DNA of 35,185 bases from Parasitella parasitica NRRL 2501. Taxonomy: Eukaryota > Fungi > Mucoromycota. Shown here piece after piece: positions 24,523-35,185 of this stretch. The stretch's first letter is position 1; each line of letters begins with the position of its first letter. The notes below the pieces were generated by a model that was given only the letters and a program-made list of their open reading frames with translations, was not told the DNA's origin and made no database searches. The position numbers were made by a program, and so were the translations under genes. The stretch lies in the NCBI GenBank assembly GCA_025201805.1, contig MU619392.1, positions 29,844 through 65,028 of the forward strand, read 5' to 3'.

Positions 24523-25885
24523 CACACAACACCTACAACCACAAAAACACCAACATCTATTACTCCTTTCTCAGCCAATCAAGCTACCGTCATCAATCAA
24601 GCCATGCAAGACCTTTTAGACAAATCAGCTATCAAGAGGGTGTCTCTTCAGCAAGGACAACGGACTCACGGCTTTTACAGCTTAATGTTCGTCAACTCAA
24701 TGAAGAATGGCGGCGTTCGTCCGGTCTTCAACTTAAAGAGGCTCAATCCGTATCTCGAAGACCCCACTTTAAGATGGAAACAGTCAAGGACATATCCCTT
24801 ATTAAAAGAAATGTGATAACCGTGTTGAACAGTGTTGATAACGAATGAATTGTTGGTGATATTTGTCCATTGTTTAAAATACTTGCTGAGCCGACCTCCC
24901 ACTGGGTCAGATGTTGTGTCGTTGAGTTGAACTGGTGAAGATGTTGTTATTGTTGTTGTTGATTCTACTGACGAAAAAGGTTGGTGTTTTTCTTGCGGTT
25001 GTTTTGTTGAAGTTTGTTGTTGCTGTTGGTTCTGGTATTGTTCTTTTAGTTGCTGTTGTTGCTGAAACCACCCTGCTGTGAGAGTGTACCTGATCGAAAA
25101 AAACGAGAGTTTTGAACCTGTGGATGGAGAGCCAGAGTTGGATGAGATACAATTAAAGCGACGTTGCTCACGATTAACTGTAGCCTCAGGAGTTGCTTTT
25201 CTTGCCACCGTTTGTTGAACGAGAGTTTGTTGGGACTTGTCCAAAGGAAGAGTGTAATTAATCTCTGCATCATTATCAAGGCGAAATGATGGGTTAATGG
25301 CACGGAGAGCAATATTGCTTCGTTGCTGGGTCATCGTCGAGCAGACAAGAACAAGGAGGGGGGCGTACATCACGCAACACGGTGCTATAATGCTCCAAGT
25401 TGGGATTCCCGGTTTCGTGGGTGAAAATAATATGAACGAAGATGTCCAAATAACAAAAAGTAGCTCACAAAAGATACTAGAGATGCTTAAAAGCGCGATC
25501 CTCATGCTTTTGTCCACGATTCATGACACATTCAGCTGCAGGAATAGTAGCAGGGGTTCGATAAATCCAGATGGGCCATTAGAGGATATGCTTCGATGAT
25601 AGTCTTGGGTTCTGAGTCAGGAATAGGCTTGGAGTGATAGATTGGATTATCTAATTCTGTGAGTTCCGTAAGAGCATCCAAGAGGGACCAGTCATATTGA
25701 GGTCGAGTACCGAAAAAGTGGAGAAGTGGCATAATCGCAGTGATCTCTTCTGACTGCATTGGTGTAGACATGGCAATGACATCCGCTGACTGCATAGGAG
25801 TAGGTACGGAAGCCGCATGTAGCTGGGCCTGAAGCGAGGCAAATTGTTGCTGTAAAGCCAAGAGTTGTTCTTTAATAGTAGACAC
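24523..25885 (-). mobile_element. Degenerate DIRS-type (tyrosine recombinase) retrotransposon fragment: gag-like region plus RT N-terminus, with 24523-~24812 inverted; the terminal repeat may extend to ~26220
   Basis: Minus strand: gag-like QLLALQQQFASL..RPQYDWS..IIEAYP, then DPVGGRLSKYFKQWTNIT..VINTVQHGYHI (pre-RT motif). Plus strand 24523-24812: QDLLDKSAI..GFYSLMF..KNGGVRPVFNLKRLNPYL/PHFKMET (RT motifs). Frameshifted throughout. Confidence 0.85.
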
Positions 25886-26349
25886 CCGGTTAAATTGTAA
25901 ATGTGAAAATAAAAGCTGGTAATGATCGAGCGAAAAAGGAGATCGACACTATAGATAATGTCTTTAGTGCCTTTGTATATCTTTGGATTTGCTTAAAATA
26001 AAACTTCAAAAAGATTCTAGTCTCAAGAAGTTCTTACGAGAAATTTCTTTTAACCTTGAATTTGACTTGTTTCAAGAAATTATTCTTCTCTGGCTTTGTG
26101 AGCCTCATATCGTTAGCGTTTCAAGCATTTTAATTTTACATTTAGAAAGACTTCTCAAAACAAACTGAGAAATAACCAACATATGAAGAGTATAGGCTTT
26201 TCAGACCTTAAATTATATCAAATTATCATAAGTTGTCTTATTATTTTTAATTCATAATAAAATGTTGGCTGTTATGAAACTCACTAACTGCGTATATTTG
26301 TTTGATTTGGTTGTACATTATTATATGAAAATGCATGCAGATGATCTGT

Positions 26350-28307
26350 TTAAAGTTCACAAGGGCGAATACTCCAAACAGTGCCGAATATAGCCAAAAG
26401 GATGGATACTACCAACAGAAACCAGTTCATGAGCGTTTCATGTATGGACATCTTTTCTTTAAATAGCCGCAAATGGCACACGAGTGGAAAGATGATTGAT
26501 ATAGTGAAACTAAACAAAGCACCTAATAAGGACTGTTATACAATAGCTTAGTATAAGTACAATGTATTTATGATAGGATCAATAAGGATTTACCATGACT
26601 TTGTCGAATCCAGGAAATACGAGAGCAATGTATACTAATAAAGCCGTAACCAGAGATCTTCCAACGATTGTTAATGCATTTTTTCTCCAACTGACACTTA
26701 ACCATGATTCAAACTTAGGGTTGCTAAACAACGCAATCTCCCAGCTCATATTTAATGGCTGCATCATCAACCCATATTTTGCAATGGGTGTCAAGACAAG
26801 CAGCCAAATGGCAAATCGATTCAAGAGCTGACTGTAATCCTCTATTAATGCCAAGTTCTGAGTGATTTCCTGAAGCGCTTCCTGGCCAAACATGAGATAA
26901 CCTACTATAGCCATCAAGAAATATATGACAGCAGTGATTTGGTAAGTTAAATCAACCATACGATTGTATTGTTTCGGATTCTCCATGTCGCGGTAGATTG
27001 AGGGAAACACCGCATGGCCAGCAAAGCCAGACATAATCAATCCAAAACTCAGGGGTAAATTTGAAATATCATTGGGGATTATTTCGGTATCCTGTACTTT
27101 GATTTAGACAAATATGTGCGAGTGTAATATATAACAAACAATCAACTCACCATGGGGTCAAAAAGACTGCCAGGCCTCTGCTCTTTCGACAATCCATCAT
27201 ACAGTACGATAATCACAAGGCTAACACAAGCTATAATACCAATAAGGCTTGTATAGGCTAGCTTTTTTATGGGAAGGAATACAGTAGGCGTAAGGATGCA
27301 GAGTGAAAGTATTCTCGTGCTAATAAGGTCTAATTCTGGAAACAAAGACTGAATTCCATCTCCTAACAGCACAATCATTGCCACACTATTGAATTAATAT
27401 GTATAAATTTAGCCATTTCTGCCACTTGAGATTAGCTCAGATCATATATAGTTACCCGATAGTGATAAGCTCAATAACAAACACTGTACTTATCAGTGTC
27501 CGTCCTTTATCTCCAAACGCTACTTGGCCCATATCTCCATACGTTCCTCCGCAATCTGAACTGTTTGCATTTAAGCATTTGATAATGATCTTGGCCGTGT
27601 AATTTGTGGCAAAGCAGCAGAAAAAGAAGATCAGCGATCCATATAGCCAACCAGCCAACCGCAGAGAAAGAGGCAATGCTAAAATACCCACACCCACAAG
27701 CACATTGACTGCATTGAATACAGATTGCAAAAAGCTGCTCTTGCTCACAAAGCACACTTCGCCCTGAGGATGTTTTTGATCAGTGCCTGAAGGGACCAGA
27801 CAGAGCTGCTGGGAAATTATGGAAGCTACTGTAGCATGGCGAGAGAGAGGCTCAAAACTACTGTAGCCGGTATGTTGCACCATATCTGTCTGTTGAGAGA
27901 ATGTACGATAAGCTTTGTTGTTTTCCAGATTTGCATCACTATTTAACAAAAGATAATGTTATTTTTTGTATGAGTTGTGAGTGTCACCCATAGTAGCTTT
28001 ACTTTTGTTTGAATAGGAACTGCTCTTCATCGTCCTGTACAATGATCGGTATATCTGACACATTGGTATGGCTGTTTTGAACAGATATGCCGTCCGCCAT
28101 GTAAAGAATAGAGGCACGAGAGTATGAGCCAGCAAAGTTCTGGATTGAAGCTCTGATGGATTGAGGTCTTGAATTGGGGGTTCCCTGTGCAGAATAGAAG
28201 CGATCCTCATCATCGTCCTCATCGGACAGGTAATGATTGGGTCGTAGACTATGCGACGGATGAGTGTTACTAGGTACTCGAATGCTTTCAGTCTGCTTGC
28301 TGTACAT
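26350..28307 (-). CDS. Amino acid/auxin permease (AAAP) family transporter, AVT1-like vacuolar type
   Basis: SSFLQSVFNAVNVLVGVGILALP, TYGDMGQVAFG, LAYTSLIGI, GFAGHAVFPSIYRDM, GYLMFG, PGFDKVM-SLLGALFS. Acidic/Ser-rich N-terminus; stop at 26350-26352. Confidence 0.92.
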
Positions 28308-29262
28308 ATGCGCAGTAGGAAATCTGATGAATGAAAAGAAGGATGAAGCAGTGCAAAGACAACATCAGATTGTTAAATAGCTTATTTGAAATTTTGAAAC
28401 ATATACCGAGATATCAAACACTTGCAAAAGTAGGGGGGGTACCTGAATCAAGGAATGTGAAGCACAGACTTGGCTTCAAGCACGATTAAACGGCATATTT
28501 TCTGTTACACCAGCGTTATGTACATAATAGATTCGCCTGTATCAGAATACGGCTTTTACAGAAATGTGAACACTGAAAAGTGAATTTGTATTATGTTCAC
28601 TGCTGATGCCTATCTGTTTCAAGATAAAACACTGAAATGCGTGAATATACAAGACTTAGTCAATTCAAAGTAAATAAAGTTGGGGGATTTTGACTCTCAA
28701 GAAGATGATGTATACATGTTTTTTCATCAACTAACTGCCAGGATTTTGAAGCTGATCCAACAACATAAGAATGAGACGGACTAAACCATGCACAGGGGGT
28801 CATTTAATGGCTTAAACATATACAAAGAATATCCAAATTGGTGTCACCAAGCATCCATACTCAATCTTGGTGTAATCAATTAGCGCGGCTACTGTATGAG
28901 AGCAGAATGCTTTGTTTATCGAGTCTTTGTGTCTCTAAAGTATGGGATTCAATTTATTTCTCGGGTCAAAACTACCATACTTGAAGTGGCGCTACAAAAC
29001 ACCTCCAGTGTATCACCTGCAAACTAGCCTGGTCTCTCCACATTTGGCTAAATATTCTTTCAAACATGATTGTTTCTTCTTGATCAAAGTTGACATTGGA
29101 GAGATCTGATGCTAACTTGACCTTGAATTCCCGGCGTCTTTCCTCGAAAGAAATGGCTCAATGCTGAGTTGTAAGCTTTTGGAGCACGTAGTGACATGTT
29201 GTTGATGGAAAGTAAGCATCCCTTTCATTTACTCACAAATGCAACATCTATTTTAGGTAAAT

Positions 29263-29290
29263 ATGACGTAAAGATTACAGATATACGTCA
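29263..29290. promoter_or_regulatory. Pair of inverted CRE/ATF-type sites upstream of the Atf1-like gene
   Basis: ATGACGTAA at 29263-29271 and TACGTCA (TGACGTA on the minus strand) at 29284-29290, just upstream of the pyrimidine-rich putative TSS region. Confidence 0.55.
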
Positions 29291-29754
29291 GCCAACCTGC
29301 TATTTGATTGAACAAGCGGTTTTTTGTACTCTTTCTTCCTCTCTATCATTATTATCTCTTTTTCTACCCTTCTTAAAACTTTTCCATTTCACCGTTTGAT
29401 TTAACATTTGTTGAGATACATAAGCATTTAAAAGGAAAATATTAATTTTGTACAGTCAATTAAAGTAAACCTAGAATCAAACCTACAACTCGAAGAAGAA
29501 ATACCAGAGTTGCCAAAAAATAAACACACACAAAAAGGTAAAACCGCAATTACTAATATAGATGATCATGGAAAAAATTGCTGGAAAATTGACACTTTCT
29601 TTTTTTTTTTTCTTTTTCTAGCTTTGCCATACACTACCTTTCACACTTTTTGCACTCAATAAATCTGTAAGCAAATCATCTCAATCTAGATATATTAGAA
29701 AATCGATTCCCTAATCGTATCGTAAAAATTTTAATTAGGAAATCAACATTTTAA

Positions 29755-31224
29755 ATGACTGGCATCGATCATAAAGGGAAGAAAGAAGCAGCCAATGCTG
29801 CCTCCAAACCAGTTGATGAATCACAAGTTGAAAATCAAACCAAGCAATCAAACGCTCCAGGTAATTCCACTACATGCTTTTTAGATTAAAAGGTTCATGA
29901 AATGCTCACCATCATGGCAGGCGTAGACACAGCTCCAATGGCCGTATTACCATTGAATTCAAGCACCAAGTTGGATCAAGAGCCAAATCCTTTCGAACAG
30001 AGTTTCTCGGGTGTCGCTGCCGATGACAAAATAAAGGACAAACTCAAACTGCCTCCAGTTGCTTCTATCACAAGTCCTTCCCCTGTAATGGGCTCTTCAT
30101 CAAATAATAACAACACAAGCAATGTTATAGGAGGCGGCGTTTTACCAAAGGAGGTCTCGAATCAGTTTACTTGGGATACTCTTCGTACTGGTCCTTTATC
30201 TCCATCCATGCTCCAAGGTCCTGCCAACCCTGACGAGTACTATCCCAAAAGCAATGGTCAATTGGGCCTTCCAATGTCTTATTCAGCTAGAAGTTCTTTC
30301 TCCACAACTTCAAATGATGTACAATATCCCATAAAGGTAGAGCAGCAACAGAATATGTATTCTCATCCTGCCACTGTTGCTGCTGCTACTCCTTCTCAAC
30401 CATCGAAGCGCACTCGTCAGCAATCGTCTAGCAGTGCAAGTCGAAAACGATCAGTTTCCCAACAGGCAGATGACGACTACCTATCTATGGATAGCAACGA
30501 ATCAAATGGCCATAGTAAATCCCGCAGAAGGTCATCCGCAGTAACAAATGACTCTGAAGAAGATGATAGCGCTGCTATTAATGGAAACAGCAGCAAAAAG
30601 AAGTCAAAATCAAACAGTAAAGACCCTGAAGACGACGAAAAGAGAAAGAACTTTTTAGAAAGAAATCGAATTGGTAAATTAACAATTTTGCATATGATCA
30701 CGTACATGCTTGGTTGACACTTATATGTAGCTGCATTGAAATGCCGTCAAAGAAAGAAGCAATGGCTGAACAACCTTCAGGCAAAAGTTGAATTTTTAAC
30801 AAGTGATAACGAAAGGCTCCAAATTCAATCAGAAAGTTTAAAAGAAGAAATTGTTAATTTGAAGACGTTACTTTTGGCTCACAAAGATTGCCCTGTTGCG
30901 CAATCAAATGGTTTTCATCCTAATTCTATACAAAAATCCATGCCCTCTATGATGTCAACGCAAATGATGCGACAAGGCATCCCTTCTTCTATGGGCATGA
31001 TGGCCCAGCAACCCTCTTTTCTCAATAGAAACTCGACATCGACTTCCAACTCGGCATTGTCTACTTCAGGTTCAGGAACCTCCAATTCAACAGTGGCTGC
31101 CACTTCGTCTTCATCCACCTCCATCCCACAGTATCAACGTGCAAATATGATGACTGTACAACCGCAACAATCAAATCAACAAGGCATGGTTGCAGGTGGT
31201 TCTTCTGGAGTATTGAGATTTTAA
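29755..31224 (+). CDS. atf1: ATF/CREB bZIP transcription factor (Atf1/AtfA-like); exons 29755-29860, 29921-30673, 30731-31224; probable 5'UTR introns ~29538-29620 and ~29667-29738
   Basis: KLDQEPNPFEQSF, LPPVASITSP, LRTGPLSPSMLQGP, bZIP KRKNFLERNRIAALKCRQRKKQWLNNLQAKVE..LKTLLLAHKDC. Confidence 0.93.
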
Positions 31225-31390
31225 GCAGTAGCAAACAATGCTACGCAATTGATCAGCGTTACAATCTCGATTGAATTTACCCATATACACACGCAGAACT
31301 CAACTAAATGCCTCGTTTTTTCCTTTTTCTTATTTGTACGATATCAACACAACAAATCCCATATTTTATATTTACATTTTATTATTTGAC

Positions 31391-31416
31391 TTTTTTTTTT
31401 TTTTTTTTTTTTTTTT
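31391..31416 (+). repeat. 26-nt poly(T) tract between the convergent atf1 and PHF5A genes
   Basis: Homopolymer run, directly visible. Confidence 0.85.
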
Positions 31417-31501
31417 CTATTTTCACGAAATAAAATCCAAACATTGCGTCTAATCGACTACAAAATAGTTTGAGATGAATTGCTATGAGGTGAGGTAAAG
31501 G

Positions 31502-31896
31502 CTACCTATTTTTGAACCCAAACTTTTTCCGCTCATAGAACAAGTCTGTTTTCGAAGACCCAAGGTTGATAATCTTTGGGCATCCTTCACGGTCCTTTTC
31601 TAATCGAGTGCATTCCACACAATAATAAGCGTCTGAAACACCTGGGCCACTACAAATAACACAGCGACCTTTAAACGAGCCTATGTAATATATTCATTAA
31701 AATAAGACTATATATGTCAATTAATCAAACATCACAACTTACCAAAATCGCACTCATCACAGATGCGAACTAAGGTTGCAGGGCGAACATACGAATCGCA
31801 GATAATGCAACGGCCATCACATGTTTGGCACAGTCTTCCTAAAACAATGCCACTTTGTTTTCTGCAAAAAATTAAATCAGGATGATGTTTTGCCAT
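31502..31896 (-). CDS. RDS3: PHF5A/Rds3 SF3b spliceosome subunit, 2 exons; not in the ORF track
   Basis: Spliced product [110 protein letters not shown], with one GTAAGT..TAG intron. Confidence 0.96.
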
Positions 31897-33864
31897 CTTG
31901 TATAATATGTATAACTGAGAAAGAAGAAATGCGAAAAGAATTTTGGCTTTGCGCGCAGTATTTTATGTGAGCTTTTAGTGGACCGTGACGTATATTACTA
32001 ATGCAACATCCCGGCCTTGTGAGGGCAATGATGAAAGATAAGAGATACTGCTATTGTTGAGTTGCTTACACTACTGTAAGGCTAAGTCTCTCCAATGAAA
32101 CTCAAAAACAATATATTCAATTCAACAAAAGACATAATCTGTATTTTGTAATATATCGTGCAAAATCATTTGTTTCTCTGGATAGTCCAAATAATTCCAA
32201 GAAGCTGTTGTTTATAATTTTACTGCTCAGCAGTTATATTCCCTGTAATTTTTACATGTCGGTTAAGTTGTTGATACAAGCAGCACAATTGGCAAACAAT
32301 AAAGAAGTTGTTAATCACACATACATCTCTACACATCAATATCCGATGTCGTTGGGATTTTTTTATCATCAAAGCGAGTAGCAACAATTCACAGGGAATG
32401 GGCTAATCAATGAGCTAGCAGCGTAGATTTAAGTAATAAAAACTTGTGAAGTACGTTTTTGCACGCAATTAGTGATACCAAAAACAGCTATCGAATAGTT
32501 TCGTTTTAAGCATAATCTTAGGCAAAGAAAAACACCGGGTCAACTTAATGGAGGTGGAAAATTGTGATTTTTGGCATAAATGCTTTCGCTGCTTGTACAA
32601 TGAAGTGAAGATGTTGTGTATGAGTTGGTGTCTGCACATACATAGGTAATTTTTGCAAAAAAAACTTCTCAATGTTTAACAGTTTCTAGTAGAGATGATA
32701 ACTTTAAAGCCTTGTAGCCTATTCGCTTTTAATATAAACTGTATTGTTTCAAACAAAACATTAAGTATGTATTTTGGATATACCTATTGCTCTCATTTCA
32801 AATGGAAATACACTGCTGAGATTCAATCTACAGTCAATTCTGTGGCTGTAAATGAGGGCACTAACTATTTTCAATTCTAGAGCGAAGTATGATTCTACTA
32901 GGTAACGTGGGTATGTCTTAACATGAATCGATAGCTGAGATACTGTATAATACGGGCTCAAAAACCATTTTTGTATACCTTCATTTTTTTGCTAAAGTAA
33001 TTACCACCAAATCTGAAATATCACCTGTTTCCCCGCCTCAAGGCTTAATTTGCAATCTCTAATATCTTTACAAACTATTAAGCAATAGATACACGACCTT
33101 GAGCCAAAATCTAGTTCTTTTAAACCATTCTACAACATACCCAAGTCTCATTTACTGATCACCATTTTTCTCATATTTTGCTTTGTTTGGACCCCAAACC
33201 TCGTATTCGATTTTCAGTTTTCAACTTTGGATCGACCTTCAGGGTCATTTTCAGGTACGGATTTGGGGTCCAAGTTAAGTATACAGGCTAGTACTAGTAT
33301 GATTACTGTACCTCACTAAGTCTTTTGATTCTCGATATCTATCTTTGCTGTCGAGATATTGTCAAAACTAGATTTTGCGGATTTTCCAAATTTTACAGCA
33401 TTTGTTCCCATACCAAGTATCATATTTTGCAACTAAACCAAGTTCAAGCTCCTAAGTAAAATGTTAAAACACATTTTGTTACACTTACTGGTATTAAACA
33501 TGTTGTACGTAAGCTCGATTTCGGCAAGCTAGAGCCAATTTGGTCTTACCACGTTAAACTTTGTTTCTCTGTTTCTGAAGAAACCACTATGGCACTTTGG
33601 CTTGAGTGATTATTCAAATCTTTTTGAAACCTAATTCTCTACTAGATGTATTATTCTTTAGATAGATATGTCGAAAAAAATATTTTTTCACTTGTTTTTA
33701 GCAGAGGCTTGACTTATTTTCATAACTTTCAGAGCAATAAATAGTATATAAAAATGCATGATATTGCAATCTAAAAATAGACCTACAACATAGCTACTGA
33801 ATTAAGCTAAAAACAGTATCGTTTTTTAACCTTTTGAATGGCTCCATTTTCGCCCTATAAGTCT

Positions 33865-34276
33865 AGGGCCGGAAAATTGTAGACTCATTTTGGTCGAGAC
33901 AAGATTTTGATTTTTGGCAGAAAAAATCAAGCCACACAGTTGTATACAAAATATTGATTTGTAGGTATGGACATGATGGTTTGTTTGGTCAACTTTATAG
34001 AGCTAAATATGCTCAAAATATGCTTGATTTTACTCAAAAACTATCAAAAAGGGCGTTTTTTGAATATTTGAAAATTGGTAATAACAAAAAGTGTTTCTAT
34101 AGCCTTGTAATCTATATGGTTGGATGCAAAATTTATTTTCTGTCATAAAACACTTAGTACGCTATCCAATATACATATTGCGTTTATGAGATATCTAGCA
34201 ATGAACTATGCAAAAAAAACTCGAAACTGATTTGGGTCAAATGTAAGCATAATGCTGAGATTCAATCTACGGCCCT
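33865..34276. mobile_element. Possible non-autonomous DNA transposon/MITE (PIF/Harbinger-like GGGCC termini)
   Basis: Imperfect terminal inversion AGGGCCG...CGGCCCT; an 18-bp subterminal motif is repeated at 32814-32831; no clean TSD. Confidence 0.35.
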
Positions 34277-34709
34277 TTTTTTTTCGCTGTAAATGAGTGT
34301 AGCTTCACCTACTCCAAAAATAGAAGAGCACAGCATAATTTGAATAGTTACCTTGCGTATGTCTTTATATGAATGGATAGTTGAGATACAGTGTATTGTT
34401 GTAAAGTAACATAACGCCCAGGAAATTATGTGAACCCAGCAATCCCTATTGAGCATTATCATATAAATATCCCAAACAAAATATGAATAGACAGACATCT
34501 TTATCCCCGTTAGTTATTCTTTATCAGTTTTAGTAACTGAGCAAGACGTTGTTAGAGTTTTTACTGTCAAATAACCAATTCCTATTTTATATCTATTTAT
34601 TTTCTTTCCTATATTGTCAAGTAAATACATAGACCCACGCAGCAGTATAATACAGGTTGTTTGAGGAACTATGTTTGTATGTTTGTTCCTAATATAAACT
34701 ATGTTCTTG

Positions 34710-35134
34710 TGTTTTAAATGATCCAACTTTATTATATATTAGTAAAGGTTTGTTGACATAGTTATTATTTATTTTACCAGAACTACTGTTGTTGGTGTTA
34801 GTTATATTATTACGGGTAGGTTAAGTAACACCATCGTGATGTGTCGGTGTTTATTTGAAAAGAGGCTTGCCTCAAAACACTCACCCTTCCCAGATTAAGG
34901 GTTACGTGCTCATTGATTGCGCGCAATGAGGCTACATTAACTCGTCTCTTGAGGGGGCAGCCGATTTTATCCTGAAGTTGGCAAGTTCCGTGTTGAAGGA
35001 TGCGACCACGGTGCAAATTTCTGTTTTGTAATTGGAGTCCATCTTGGAGAATTTATTGTGCCTAAGGCGCACAACCTTGGTTCCTGGTGCAAAACGCTTG
35101 CGCCTAATCAGTTGCTTTTCTTGATATTCATTTA
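34710..35134 (-). mobile_element. 3' remnant of a Ty3/gypsy retrotransposon: integrase C-terminus, PPT and 170-bp 3' LTR
   Basis: Minus strand RFAPGTKVVRLRHNKFSKMDSNY../GTCQLQDKIGCPLKRRVN (frameshifted integrase tail), PPT GGGAAGGGTGAG at 34880-34891, then LTR TGTTTTGAGG...TTTAAAACA at 34879-34710. Confidence 0.8.
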
Positions 35135-35185
35135 TGTTGGATCAAAAAGATAATAAAAAAACCAAAGGTTAACGAGATACGAAAA
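35135..35185 (-). mobile_element. 3' end of a second family-A LTR, truncated by the window edge, abutting the gypsy integrase
   Basis: Reverse complement is nearly identical to 331-381 and ends in ...GATCCAACA. Confidence 0.8.

Noticed and set aside
24675-25517. 280-aa ORF as an independent gene
   Set aside because: It is a chimera of frameshifted DIRS gag/RT sequence read through the inversion junction.
29430-29665. Non-AUG uORF in the atf1 leader
   Set aside because: An open frame exists across the leader intron but has no AUG, and I have no conservation evidence.
32469-34726. Short ORFs of 60-80 aa in the right-hand AT-rich region
   Set aside because: No motifs or coding-like composition; the region is probably repeat-derived.

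Overview
AT-rich, intron-rich eukaryotic DNA, most consistent with a Mucorales (Mucor/Rhizopus-like) fungus; this is inferred from short GT-AG introns, gene content and transposon families. I recognise ten spliced protein genes: exportin CRM1/XPO1, S-adenosylmethionine decarboxylase SPE2, a ricin-B lectin-domain protein, an SHPRH/Irc20-like SNF2-RING helicase/E3 ligase, an MFS sugar porter, squalene epoxidase ERG1, a SIT4/PP6-associated SAPS protein, an AVT-type amino-acid transporter, an Atf1-type bZIP factor, and PHF5A/RDS3 (absent from the ORF track). Transposon relics sit at both ends and at about 23.9-26.2 kb: a solo LTR with a perfect 5-bp TSD, two inverted copies of another LTR at opposite ends of the window, a gypsy integrase/PPT/LTR fragment, and a DIRS-type element with an internal inversion abutting a decayed PD-(D/E)XK-like gene. 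The best candidate for an undescribed system is a putative polyamine-sensing translational control module on SPE2: a 28-codon uORF ending F-W-P-stop(UGA-C), two more uORFs, and a polyproline tract at the enzyme N-terminus. Exon boundaries were inferred by eye and no database searches were run.
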